Shown here in pieces: positions 22,921-33,064 of a stretch of 53,135 bases of DNA; the stretch's first letter is position 1; each line of letters begins with the position of its first letter. The notes under the pieces were generated by a model. That model did not search any database, was not told the origin of the DNA, and was given only the letters and a program-made list of their open reading frames with translations. A program made the position numbers and the translations under genes. This DNA comes from Thecamonas trahens ATCC 50062 (Eukaryota; Protista; Apusomonadida). Where the stretch lies: positions 271,595 to 324,729 of the forward strand of contig NW_013657637.1 in the NCBI RefSeq assembly GCF_000142905.1, read 5' to 3'.

Positions 22921-24015
22921 TTAAGCCTCTTCCTCGGCGCCAGCACGGGTGTTGATCTTGGCGTGGAGGTGGGCATACTTCTGCTTGGAGGGCGGGAGGA
23001 AGCGATCGGCCTCAATCTCGACACGGGTGAGGAACCAGACAACACCCTCGCCGGTGCCGCCGCACTGCTGGACACGCTTGAGCTCAGCAGAGGCCTCCTC
23101 GAGCTTGTCCTCGAGCTCGCCCTGCTTGGCCTCGGCGTCGGCAACCTTGGCGGCGACCTTCTTCTTCTCCTTGCCGACCTTGCGGAGGGCAGCCTCCTGG
23201 GTGAGCTTGGCACGGCGGAGCGGGAGCGGGTCCTCGGCCTGCAGCTGGGCCAGCTCGGCGCGGGCGCGGTTGCGCTTGACCACGCCGAGCGTGTCATCGT
23301 TGGCCTTGGCCTCGGCGGTGGCAATGGCACCGTGGTACGCGTCCTCCTGCGACTTGAGGTCGTCGATGGCCGACTGCAGCTCGTCCTCGGCAGCCTGCAG
23401 CTCAGCCTCGGCAGCCTGCAGCGCGGCGACGGCGGCGCGCTGCGCGTCGAGTGCGGTCATGACCTCGTCGAAGAGCGACTGCGCCTTGGCAACCTCCTCC
23501 GAGTTGTCGCCCTGCGGTGCGTCAACCGTCTCCTGGACGCCAAACTCGTACCGGTACACCAGGTACTCAAGCAGCGCCATCTGGCCGTTTGCATCTTGGT
23601 CGATATCACGCAGCTTCTTGCGCATCTCAAGCACCGTCATGGTCTCGTCGAGAGACTCGAGGAACTGCATCCAGACCGGTGAGTAGGGTGGGGGTGATGA
23701 GGAGGGAGGGGGAGGGGGGGGGGAGGGGGAGCGGTANNNNNNNNNNNNNNNNNNNNNNNNNNNNNNNNNNNNNNNNNNNNNNNNNNNNNNNNNNNNNNNN
23801 NNNNNNNNNNNNNNNNNNNNNNNNNNNNNNNNNNNNGATCAGTCACCGTTCTGAGGAAAAGGTCGTCAAGCTTGAGAGGGGGACAGAGTGGGGATAAGGC
23901 TCACGGGGGAGAGGGGAGACGGGGAGGGGGGAGGCATACCGTTGAGGAACCAGATAGCCTGCTCAGAGTACTTGTGGGTGCAGAGCTCAGAGAACTTGTT
24001 GTTGCCGGCCGACAT
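22921..24015 (-). CDS. Calcium-regulated actin-bundling protein (Dictyostelium ABP34-like), EF-hand plus coiled coil. Exons 23940-24015 and 22921-23664; a middle exon is probably lost in the gap
   Basis: Exon 1 is MSAGNNKFSELCTHKYSEQAIWFLNG followed by GTATGC. The last exon follows CTACTCAC...GCAG and reads FLESLDETMTVLEMRKKLRDIDQDANGQMALLEYLVYRY...GVVKRNRARAELAQL...GVVWFLTR. These match the recalled ABP34 motifs QQAVHFLNA, DVNFDGRVSFLEYLLYQY and GAIWWMNR. Confidence 0.78.
23737..23836. other. Assembly gap (100 N, probably unknown size)
   Basis: Run of exactly 100 N inside the ABP34-like gene. Confidence 1.
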
Positions 24016-24211
24016 GATGTTGATGTGGAAGACGAATGGCGTGAAGCGGCGCGTCCGCCTCGGCGGGGGTTTTAGGCACCCTGTCGGCTGCCGGCAGCAG
24101 GCCGACGAGCAGTGACCGTTGGCAGGCAAGGCAAGGGTTGGGCGGGAGGAGGGAGGGGGGGGGGGGGCGATACACGACACACGCCACTCTGCTGTAAACA
24201 CAGCAAGAAGC

Positions 24212-26587
24212 ATGTACACGCCTGGACCAGCACACGAGCCACGGCGGTCACAGCTGCGTGGGTCTGTTGGCGGTGGTGGTGGCGGTGGTGTTGGCGGTGG
24301 TGTTGGTGGTCTGCGGGGAGCCGGTGGAGGTGGTGCGGGCTACTTTCCGCCGCGTGGACAGAGCTACACTCCGAGCCATGGCAGAGGCATGGAGTACCTC
24401 AGTGGGGCTGGGCCTGGGGCTGGGGCTGGGGCTGGGTATGGCGGTGCGGCTGGGGCTGGTGGCGGGCTCGGGCATGGCCTCTCGTCGCGGTACTCGGACA
24501 CGGGCTTTGCGCCATTGCCATCGCTGCAGCGACCGGTGAGCTCGGGAATGGAGACCGGAATGGGGGCTGGGTCATGGGCAAGGGCGGGCCAGCTGCCGCC
24601 ACCGGCTCAGTCGGTCTCGCCGGCTGGAGTCGACGTCGATTTGGGCATGTATGGCCTCGGACGCAGCCGCAGTCGCTCGCCCCCGCGCGGCGGCAGCCGT
24701 GGCGCAGGCTACGGTGACGGCTACGGCGCGCCGTTTGGCGACGGTTATGGCGCGCCGTTTGGCGACGGCTACGGCTCGCCGTATGGACGGGCGCCGCGAA
24801 GCAGGAGCAGGAGCCGCGGCCGGGAGATCGGGCGTGGTGGGGGATATGGTCGCCACAGACCCGACCACGATGACGAGTACTACTCGTCGGACCTGGCCGA
24901 CGAGGTCGGATACGGATCACGCGGAGTAGGTATGGATGACCTCGGCGCCGGATCGCCGATGGCAGCATCGCCGCTCGATTTTGCGGCGCCGCCGCCGGGT
25001 GCGGGCCTGCCGGCCGACGCCGACCACTACGTGGTGGCGCTGTACCCGTCCGAGCCGTCGATTGCCGACGAGCTGCCGCTGCAAAAGGGTGAGATGTTGG
25101 CGGTGCTTGGTGATCGCGGCGAGTGGTGGAAGGGGAGCAATGTTTCCGGTGCGGTCGGCTACTTTCCCAAGGTCTACACCAAGAAAGTCAGCCGCTCTCG
25201 CGTGGCGCAGGCCGGCGTCCTCGCCGACCCTGCATCGCAGACACTACCGACGACCGAGTACGCCGATTCAACGCCGCAGCAGGCCGGTCCCGAGCCTGCA
25301 CCGGCAGGAGCCGCTGCCAAGTCTGAGCCCGATCCTGTGGCGCCAAAGCCAGCGACCGCCGAGCCGGCGAGCGCCAAGCCCGCAGCACCAACGCCAACGC
25401 CGACGCCGACGCCGGCGACGAGTGCGCCGGCGACTGCAGCTTCTCCGCCGCGGCCGCGGCGACCTCGGGCCAAGCCGGCGCCCAAGGAGAAGACGAGCCA
25501 GGAAAAGGTGGCGACACTGATGGACTCGCTGGGAGTGACGATTGTGATGCTTGTGGTGACGGTGTATGTGCTGTTCATCGACGACTTGGTGACCATTGTG
25601 GGCGCGGACCGGTCGTCGGGCCACGACACGATGGTGTTTGTCTTTCTCATCCTCAAGGTCATTGTCTTTGTCATGTTTCTGGTCGAGCTTGTGGCGACGT
25701 CGTGGGCGGACCGCAAGTACTTTCTCTCGTTCTTCTTCTGGCTCGACGTGCTCGCGCTCGTCTCGCTTGTGCCGGACGTGCTCCTCCTCTTTGGCTTTGA
25801 CCTCTTCTCGTCCATTTCAGGGCTCACTGTGGCACGGACCGGGCGGGTGGCGCGCGCGTCTGCGCGGGCAGCGCGGCTTGTCCGTGTGGTGCGAGTCATC
25901 AAGATCTCGCGGTTCATCGGCCAGCAGCACGGTGCGTCGACGCGCGGCTGGCTCGACTCGGGCGACGACGGGGCCGATGCTGCGACGGCGCTGGGGCCGG
26001 CGGCCGAGGCTGCTGTCAACACAACAACGAACAAGATGACGGCGATTGTGCTCATTATGTTCCTCGCGGTCTCGCTCATGCAGATCTCCCCCGAGTGGGT
26101 CGGGCACGCCGAGGCCGGGCTCTGGACGCTGGAGACGGCACTCGGCTCGAACGACACGGCGACGGCGTCGCTCGCGCTCGCCCGGTTTGTGCAAACGTAC
26201 CCGTCGACGTTGCCGGTCCTCGCCGTCCGGTCAGCCGGCGTCTCCGTATACGGCGATGTGACGCGCGATGTGTGGAAGCACTACGACGTCTTTCTGGAGC
26301 CCATCTACACGCCGGGCAACGTGACGCAGGCGTATTTTCTCGCCAAGCACCGCGAGCGGGTCCAGGCCGCGTTCAACCTCTCGCTCGTCATCCTCATCAT
26401 CCTCATCCTCGCTGTCGGCACGGTCCTCGTTGGCCTCGACGCCAAGGCACTCGTCCATGCCACCCGCAAGACAGAGATGCAGAAGTTCCACCAGAAGCAG
26501 CTCGAGCTCATGGGCCGGTCGATGGCTGCCCGCGAGGCAGCCGCCCGCTCGCAAGACGATCTCCGGAGCTCCGCCGTGGTCGATTGA
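24212..26587 (+). CDS. Gly/Arg-rich IDR + SH3 domain + Pro-rich linker + voltage-sensor-like 6-TM module (~791 aa)
   Basis: SH3: YVVALYPSEPSIADELPLQKGEMLAVLGDRGEWWKG...GYFPKVY (~25025-25190). S1-S3 include FFFWLDVLALVSLVPD. S4 is ARTGRVARASARAARLVRVVRVIKISRF. Two further TMs flank a large loop. Confidence 0.82.
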   Translation: MYTPGPAHEPRRSQLRGSVGGGGGGGVGGGVGGLRGAGGGGAGYFPPRGQSYTPSHGRGMEYLSGAGPGAGAGAGYGGAAGAGGGLGHGLSSRYSDTGFAPLPSLQRPVSSGMETGMGAGSWARAGQLPPPAQSVSPAGVDVDLGMYGLGRSRSRSPPRGGSRGAGYGDGYGAPFGDGYGAPFGDGYGSPYGRAPRSRSRSRGREIGRGGGYGRHRPDHDDEYYSSDLADEVGYGSRGVGMDDLGAGSPMAASPLDFAAPPPGAGLPADADHYVVALYPSEPSIADELPLQKGEMLAVLGDRGEWWKGSNVSGAVGYFPKVYTKKVSRSRVAQAGVLADPASQTLPTTEYADSTPQQAGPEPAPAGAAAKSEPDPVAPKPATAEPASAKPAAPTPTPTPTPATSAPATAASPPRPRRPRAKPAPKEKTSQEKVATLMDSLGVTIVMLVVTVYVLFIDDLVTIVGADRSSGHDTMVFVFLILKVIVFVMFLVELVATSWADRKYFLSFFFWLDVLALVSLVPDVLLLFGFDLFSSISGLTVARTGRVARASARAARLVRVVRVIKISRFIGQQHGASTRGWLDSGDDGADAATALGPAAEAAVNTTTNKMTAIVLIMFLAVSLMQISPEWVGHAEAGLWTLETALGSNDTATASLALARFVQTYPSTLPVLAVRSAGVSVYGDVTRDVWKHYDVFLEPIYTPGNVTQAYFLAKHRERVQAAFNLSLVILIILILAVGTVLVGLDAKALVHATRKTEMQKFHQKQLELMGRSMAAREAAARSQDDLRSSAVVD

Positions 26588-27417
26588 ATGAAACTCTAGC
26601 CCCTGAAGCCAGTGCTGTCCAAGCGCTCCGGGTCGACGGCTTGGAAGAGTGCTCCAAGCTCTCCTCGATTTCACTGCGCTGGCCATTATTGCGAGCACAT
26701 CTCGCCGATTTGCACGATGACCAGCGTGTGCATGAGCTGCAGTCGCACGCCCGCGTACACCCGAGATTAAGGTGAGCAGTTGTCGACGCCATCGGAGCTA
26801 TTAGCGAAGCAACGGTACCAGGCGCGAGTGCTAGCGACTCGTAGCAGTGCGCACCAGAATCGACCGGCCAACAACAAGAGTGGCGGACACGGCCGGGCAG
26901 GGCTGGGCACCCAACTTGAACCTCTCGATACACACCACACCGCCGAAAATATTTCCTCCGCCGCCGTGCACGCAGAGTCACGCGCATTGCCGCCAGTGAC
27001 GGGACGAGTGGCGACGGCAGCAGCAGCAGCAGCAGCCGGAGTGGCAGAGGGGGTGGCGCTATACTTGCCCACCACTGCACTCTGGAGGGCTATACAATAG
27101 GAGGTATGGTAGCAGGGGCACTTGCCCTGACTGTATCCCCCCCTCCCCCTTCCCCCCCCCTCCCCCCCTCCCCCCCTTCCCCCCGTACCCCCTCTCCCCC
27201 GAAGCCCACCACTTGAACTCACGCGCCCTCTCGACCTTGGACTTGGCCTCTGCCTGCTGCCTTCCCTCTGCCCTGCTCCGGTCGCTGTCTCTGTCCTTGC
27301 CCGCCCTCCGCCCTGCTCACGCCACTGCCCGCCTGTCTTCCAACCCTGCCCGCCGCGCGCACACCGGTGGCCTTCCGCTCGGCACGCGATACCTCGCGCC
27401 TGGGGTGCAGCGCCGAC

Positions 27418-29649
27418 ATGTCGTCGACGGTACCAAGGATCCGCCCGCGGCGGCGACGGCGCGAGTCACTGTCGCTGTCGGAGGAAGAGGATGCGTCGGT
27501 CGCCGGTGGGTTTGACGGCCTCAACGTCCGCCCGCGCAACCTCGAGGAGCGGCATCAGGTACTCAACTACTTGTTCGGCTTTGCGCCGACGGCCAAGTCT
27601 GTGACGCGGTCGTCGACGCCACGGCTACTCCGCGACGATGCGACGAGCTCGCCGGCGCCACTGCCGGCGTTTGAGCCCGCGGCATCGCGCTCGATCTTTG
27701 GTTTTGGCGAGGCGTCACTGGTGACGGTCGGCAATGTGGTCTGGCTCATTCTCTTTGGCTGGTGGATTGCGCTGCTGTACCTAGCGCTCGCCGGCGTGCT
27801 CGCCATCTCGTGGGTCGGGCGCTACCACGCGTCGCTGCTCTGGCACCTCTCGTCGTGGTACCTGTGGCCGTTTGGCCGTGCGCTCGAGCGAGTCGGTGGT
27901 GGCAACGTGACTCCATCGCTGCTCCCGGCCAAGGCGCGGCTGTACGGCTCGACAGTGTCGATTGGCTCGGCCGGCGAGAGCGCTCGGGCCGAAGCCGGCG
28001 AGGGCGGCCGCATCGACGCCGCCGGCGACGCCGAGCGCCCGCTGTCGGGCCTCGGCGGGCGGTCGTCGTCGCTAGCTGGCATCAACGCGAACAACGGGCT
28101 CGAGACGCAGGCGCACAACAACGCGGCAGCCGATCAGGGCGCGGTCGAGGCGCTGCTCGGCAAGCTGGTATACTATGTGCTTGCCTTTCCTGTCCTTGCT
28201 CTCGTCCACGTCGTTGTCTCGGCCATGATGTGGATGTCGGTCGTCATGATCCCCATGTTTGAGCTCAACATGCGCGGGCTCAAGGCGCTGTATGAAGAGC
28301 CACTGACGCTGTTTGTAGGCGAGTCGACGCCGCGAGCCGGTGCGCAGATTGTTATGTGCACGTACAAGGCCGCAGACTCGCGGTACTTTTACTACGAGCG
28401 CTTTGGCGTCAACGTCGTTCTCCTCAACATGTTCCCCTTTGTGGGACTCACCCTCATCCTGGGCTACCTCGGTGAGCACGTGGTCTTCCTCAAGCCCATC
28501 TCCACGCCGGGTGTCATCTTTGTCTCCTCGCTCCTCTCTACCGTCCCCATCGCGTACTTTATCGGCATGGCCATCTCGTCGATCTCGGCTCAGTCCACCT
28601 TTGCCGTAGGCGCGGTCCTCAACGCCACTTTTGGCTCCATCATCGAGCTCATTCTCTACGCCAAGCTCCTGCTCTCGGGCTACTCATCGATCGTCAAGGC
28701 CGCCGTCACCGGCTCGCTCCTGGGCGTCATGCTCTTCATGCCCGGCCTCTCCATGGTCGTCGGTGGGCTCAAGTTCAAGTCACAGCGGTTCAACGCCACT
28801 GCCGCCGGCGTCTCGTCGGTCCTCCTCCTCATCGCCATCATCGGCGCCTTTTCGCCCACCGTCTTTTACAACATCTACGGCACGTACTCGCTCTCCTGTA
28901 CCTTCTGCGCCCCAACCAACTCGTCGCTCGCCTGCACAGGCTGTGCCTACATCGAGGGCGCCAACGAGCTCAACGCAGACCCCATCTACCAGGATCGCGC
29001 ACGCCCGCTCTCGTACGTCTGCGCGGCCATTCTCCCTATGGCCTACTTTGTCGGTCTCCTCTTCACGCTCAAGACCCACAAGCACATCTACGAGGTGACC
29101 GAGTTCTCCGACGACGACAGCAACGGCTCCGAGGAGGGCGGTGGCCACAACGCGCCGGCATGGTCCAACCTCGTCTGCATCTCGGTCCTCCTCTCGTGCA
29201 CCATTCTCTTTGCTCTCGTCTCCGAGACGCTTGTCGACTCGATCCAGCCCATCCTCGCCTCGCTCGGCATCTCGGAGCTCTTCCTCGGCCTCACCCTCCT
29301 CGCACTCGTGCCGAACACCGCAGAGTTTGCCAACGCCGTCCAGTTTGCGCTCCAAAACAACGTCATGCTTTCCATGGAAATCGGCGCCTCGGCCGCGGCT
29401 CAGATCACCCTCATCCAGATGCCTGTCCTCACCTTTTTCTCTGCTATTGTCGGCACCGACGACGCCGACACCTTTACGCTCATCTTCCCGCAGCTCCACC
29501 TCTTTGCCGTCATCTTTGGCGTCATCATCCTCAACTACAACTCGCTCGACGGGCAGAGCAACTACTTTCAGGGCGCCGCCTTTTGCATCGTCTACGCTGC
29601 CCTGGTCGCCACCTTTTACTTTGTCCCCGATGTCCCGGGCATCAACTAA
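27418..29649 (+). CDS. VNX1: Cation/H+ exchanger, CAX family, VNX1-like (N-terminal YccF/DUF307-type helices)
   Basis: GNVVWLILFGWWIAL...YLWPFG, alpha-1 repeat GAVLNATFGSIIELILY, alpha-2 repeat LVPNTAEFANAVQFAL, and C-terminal DGQSNYFQGA; many TMs. Confidence 0.9.
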   Translation: MSSTVPRIRPRRRRRESLSLSEEEDASVAGGFDGLNVRPRNLEERHQVLNYLFGFAPTAKSVTRSSTPRLLRDDATSSPAPLPAFEPAASRSIFGFGEASLVTVGNVVWLILFGWWIALLYLALAGVLAISWVGRYHASLLWHLSSWYLWPFGRALERVGGGNVTPSLLPAKARLYGSTVSIGSAGESARAEAGEGGRIDAAGDAERPLSGLGGRSSSLAGINANNGLETQAHNNAAADQGAVEALLGKLVYYVLAFPVLALVHVVVSAMMWMSVVMIPMFELNMRGLKALYEEPLTLFVGESTPRAGAQIVMCTYKAADSRYFYYERFGVNVVLLNMFPFVGLTLILGYLGEHVVFLKPISTPGVIFVSSLLSTVPIAYFIGMAISSISAQSTFAVGAVLNATFGSIIELILYAKLLLSGYSSIVKAAVTGSLLGVMLFMPGLSMVVGGLKFKSQRFNATAAGVSSVLLLIAIIGAFSPTVFYNIYGTYSLSCTFCAPTNSSLACTGCAYIEGANELNADPIYQDRARPLSYVCAAILPMAYFVGLLFTLKTHKHIYEVTEFSDDDSNGSEEGGGHNAPAWSNLVCISVLLSCTILFALVSETLVDSIQPILASLGISELFLGLTLLALVPNTAEFANAVQFALQNNVMLSMEIGASAAAQITLIQMPVLTFFSAIVGTDDADTFTLIFPQLHLFAVIFGVIILNYNSLDGQSNYFQGAAFCIVYAALVATFYFVPDVPGIN

Positions 29650-30144
29650 AGTGAACACACAGATGGAGAAGGTGCAGAGCGCGGCGGAGCCATGGTCATT
29701 GTGGCCGTGACACAGCGACGATGATCGCGTTCGATCCTTGTTCTGCTGCCGGTTGCCTTGCTGCAATCTTTGTCTTGGAAACGTGGACGCACGCCTTGTT
29801 CACCACCCTCAAGCACACCATCCGACGCGGAAAGCAAAGTAGTATGCGATGACATGCCTGAAAGCTTGCGGCCAGAGTCCATTGCCGAGCTAGAGGGCGA
29901 GCAAGTGGAATCCAGAGGCTCGCCTCAAATTGAAAAAAGATGGCAGTGAGTGGTGCTCAGGCGGTCGCCACCGAGTGGGCGACACGCGACGCTGGAGAGC
30001 GAGGTTTTGCCCTTGTGCGAAGACGAGCCGAAGAGCGAGGGGATGGCGTTGCAGCTGGATGGGTGGCAAGGGCTTCGAGTTGGGGATGGTGGTGCTGGCG
30101 GGCTGTTCTCGCCGCTGAGGCGACGTGCACAGAGCAAGACGGCC

Positions 30145-30918
30145 ATGGACAAGCTGGTGGCCGAGCCGCAGCTGAGCATGCTCGAGAGGGCGCTGCTGTT
30201 CACATCGCGGGCGTCGGGCATGGACAAGGTGTTCAAGTTGGTGCAGACGACGGCGTTGATCATGACGGTCTTTGTCAGCTCGACCGATGGCGGCAACAGC
30301 GGCGGCGGCGGCGGCGGCGGCGGGAGTGATGGGGGCGCGGCGAGCAAGCTCATCCGCATCCACAACATGATGAGCACGTCGAGAAAGAGCTTGCGGTACT
30401 TTAAGAGCCTCACGGTGGTGCGCAAGTTTGTGACGAGGACGCTAGTTCAACAGTCGCCGGGGAAGCAGGCGGTGATGGCGGTCGGCGACGCCGCGTCGCT
30501 CGTCTACTATCTGCTAGATCACACGCTGGCGCTCGCTCGGTTGCATCTGATCGAGCTCGACAACAAGGCGTACCGCGCGCTGAAGGACACCAAGAACAAG
30601 GCCTCGCTGCTGAGGCTCTGCATGTCGTTTGTGCTCGATGTCATGGCTCTGCGCAAGTCGCTGCGGGCGCTCGAGTCGCTGCGATCCGCCGCCGCTGCCG
30701 CGCCTGAGTCGACCCGTGCCACGCTGGCCAAGGTGGAGGAGACGGCCGTGGTGGCGCTCCTCCGCCGGCTCGCCCGCAACTTTGTGGCCAACCTCGCCAA
30801 CCTTGCCCTCCTCCTCTCCTCGCTCAAGATTGTCCGCTGGTCGGTTCCGGTCCAGGGTGTCCTCGGCCTTGTCTCGGCCCTCATCGGCGCACACAAGGTC
30901 TTTATGCGTCTCGAGTGA
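30145..30918 (+). CDS. PEX11: Peroxisomal membrane protein PEX11 family (~257 aa)
   Basis: SGMDKVFKLVQ, amphipathic MSTSRKSLRYFK, YYLLDH, and C-terminal GVLGLVSALIG. Start uncertain because the ORF is open from 29950. Confidence 0.8.
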   Translation: MDKLVAEPQLSMLERALLFTSRASGMDKVFKLVQTTALIMTVFVSSTDGGNSGGGGGGGGSDGGAASKLIRIHNMMSTSRKSLRYFKSLTVVRKFVTRTLVQQSPGKQAVMAVGDAASLVYYLLDHTLALARLHLIELDNKAYRALKDTKNKASLLRLCMSFVLDVMALRKSLRALESLRSAAAAAPESTRATLAKVEETAVVALLRRLARNFVANLANLALLLSSLKIVRWSVPVQGVLGLVSALIGAHKVFMRLE

Positions 30919-31298
30919 CACCTGTTGTCCTTGTCCTTGTTCAGCCCACTCGCGATGTGTAGCCCAAGTCGCGATGTGGTGTGCAGCCCTTCTCCGACCC
31001 ATGTCGCCCGCCGCGATCACGGCTACCAACTCCATCATTGCCGGCATGACATATCACTACCACCACCATCGCCACACTCCCATCCTCTCTCTTTGTCCCT
31101 CCCTCCCCCCCTCCCCTCCTCCCCCTTAATCAGCCCATCACCCTCATCACCATCACCCCTCGCCGTCCCCCGTTCCGCCCCTTCCGCCCGATCCCACGAC
31201 AGCCCGTCAGCCGGCTACCGCTACCCCACCGCACCTCACCCCGCCACCGCCACCACTACCCCCCACTGCTAACACCCCACCCGCATCACACTCTGACC

Positions 31299-33002
31299 AT
31301 GGCCAGCCAACTGCCTGTCTGCGCCTATTGCCGGAGCCTGTGCCCGACGTCGTGCACCTCGGTCCGGCACGTGGAGACCAGCCGCCCGACCGACGAGCCG
31401 TGCGCCGGCTGCTTCTCCTTCACCGCACCACATGCTGCATGGCTCGAGTGCCTGTCGAAGCTCTTTGCTGCAAAGGGCTATGCCCCGCAAGTCGCCACCG
31501 TCGAAGATCTGATGCAGATCACGTCGCCTGGTGGTGGTCAAGGAGGTGCCGACTTGTCGCCGCAGGCATCTCCATCGCTTCCTCCGGTCTCTGCTGCGAG
31601 TCGACGGCTCTGCTTCCGGGCATCGGTCGAGTTTGGGCCGCTGCTCGGCTTTGCGACCTTTATGATGCGGGCGCGGGTGACACTGGATGCGATGGAGGCA
31701 AGCGGCGACGGCAGTGGTGACGATGGCGAAGATCTTGTGGTGTACGAGCAGGTGATGAGCAAGTCTGTGGTGTACTCCAACGCGGCGCTAGAGGCAATGA
31801 GTGCTGCACTGGGCATAGACGTGGTCAAGGCGTCCGAGCTGGAGCAGTCTGAGGGGGTTCTTGTGGTTCGCATCGGCGGCGAGGGCGAGCTCGCGGCGGC
31901 GATCGACGCGGCCATCCGCCAGCTGGCTGCGCCAGCCAAGCTGCCGTGGAAGCCGGTGGTGGCCGGGGTGGCGGCAAGCGAGGCCGGCGGTGCGGGCGCA
32001 GAGGCTGTGCCCGAGGGCGGGCGACAGGCGCACGCGATGCGGCTGGCCAAGCGGCGGCGCAATCGCAAGGCAGGCAACGCACGCGGGCCGACCCTTCCCA
32101 TCATTCACCAGACGCTTGCGCGGCTGTTTCCGACGCGAGCACGGTTGGGCGCGCTGCTGGAGACCGTGGAGCCGCTGATGGCTGCTGCGGCACCAGTGGC
32201 GATGGTCCTCACTACGGCGCCGCAGATCACCCGCGATCCGGTGTATGTTGTGGGGCGGTACAACAAGTACTCGCGTGAGATCTCGAACACTGCCATGGTT
32301 GTGGGCGAGGAGCGGCTGGCCGACGACTCGGTAGGCGAGATTGTTGGGCGTGCACTGGTGCCGCTGTTCTCGGACGCCGCGCTCAGCCCGTTCACGTACA
32401 ACTTTGTCTCGTGCGGGCGCGAGGACCTCGACGTGCGGATGCTGGGCTCCGGGCGGCCGTTCATTCTCGAGGTCAAGGATCCGGCCCGGCGGGTGGCGAC
32501 TGGGACGTCGCTGGCGACGGCTGCGGTGGCGCTCAACAGTTCCGAGGACCGGGTTGCGCTCTCGCGGCTGGGCGTGGTGAGCCGTGACGAGACCAAGCCG
32601 ATCAAGGAGGCCATCACCGCCAAGCGCAAGGCGTACTACGCTGTCGTCTCGTGCTCGGTGGCGGTGCCCAAAGTAGCGCTGGCACAGCTCGCCCCGCTCG
32701 CCCCGCTCACCATCACTCAGCCGACGCCGGTCCGGGTCCTCCACCGCCGGCCCAACTTGGCGCGAAGCCGCACGATCCACGCGCTCTCGGCGTCGTACAT
32801 CAACGATCACTACTTTGTGCTCTCGCTCGAGACGCAAGCTGGCACCTACATCAAGGAGTTTGTGCACTCGGACCTTGGACGGACGGTCCCCTCGCTCGGC
32901 GACATCCTCCGCCCGCTCCTCCCGGGCCTTGCTCCCGACACGGCCATCGAGTGTGATTTGCTACAGCTCGACGTCGCCGAGGTCTTTGCAGCCTATCCCT
33001 GA
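31299..33002 (+). CDS. PUS10: tRNA pseudouridine synthase Pus10
   Basis: N-terminal CxxC pairs; GRYNKYSREISNT, catalytic GREDLDVRMLGSGRPF, QPTPVRVLHRR, and TQAGTYIKEFVHSDLGRTVPSL. Confidence 0.95.
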   Translation: MASQLPVCAYCRSLCPTSCTSVRHVETSRPTDEPCAGCFSFTAPHAAWLECLSKLFAAKGYAPQVATVEDLMQITSPGGGQGGADLSPQASPSLPPVSAASRRLCFRASVEFGPLLGFATFMMRARVTLDAMEASGDGSGDDGEDLVVYEQVMSKSVVYSNAALEAMSAALGIDVVKASELEQSEGVLVVRIGGEGELAAAIDAAIRQLAAPAKLPWKPVVAGVAASEAGGAGAEAVPEGGRQAHAMRLAKRRRNRKAGNARGPTLPIIHQTLARLFPTRARLGALLETVEPLMAAAAPVAMVLTTAPQITRDPVYVVGRYNKYSREISNTAMVVGEERLADDSVGEIVGRALVPLFSDAALSPFTYNFVSCGREDLDVRMLGSGRPFILEVKDPARRVATGTSLATAAVALNSSEDRVALSRLGVVSRDETKPIKEAITAKRKAYYAVVSCSVAVPKVALAQLAPLAPLTITQPTPVRVLHRRPNLARSRTIHALSASYINDHYFVLSLETQAGTYIKEFVHSDLGRTVPSLGDILRPLLPGLAPDTAIECDLLQLDVAEVFAAYP

Positions 33003-33064
33003 GTGATGGGCAAGTTTGCTTGCGTGGCGACACGCGGTCGTTTTACTCGGACGCAACTCGGACG

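Noticed and set aside
21846-23682. ORFs spanning the N gap (e.g. the 607-aa WCWCWC ORF)
   Set aside because: Artefacts of Ns, microsatellites and the antisense strand of the ABP34-like exon.
26590-27360. Possible small gene or pseudogene between the SH3-sensor and VNX1 (minus-strand fragment GELGALFQAVDPERLDSTG; possible downstream cyclase exon)
   Set aside because: It has in-frame stops, no recognisable motif and no cyclase signature; the evidence is insufficient.
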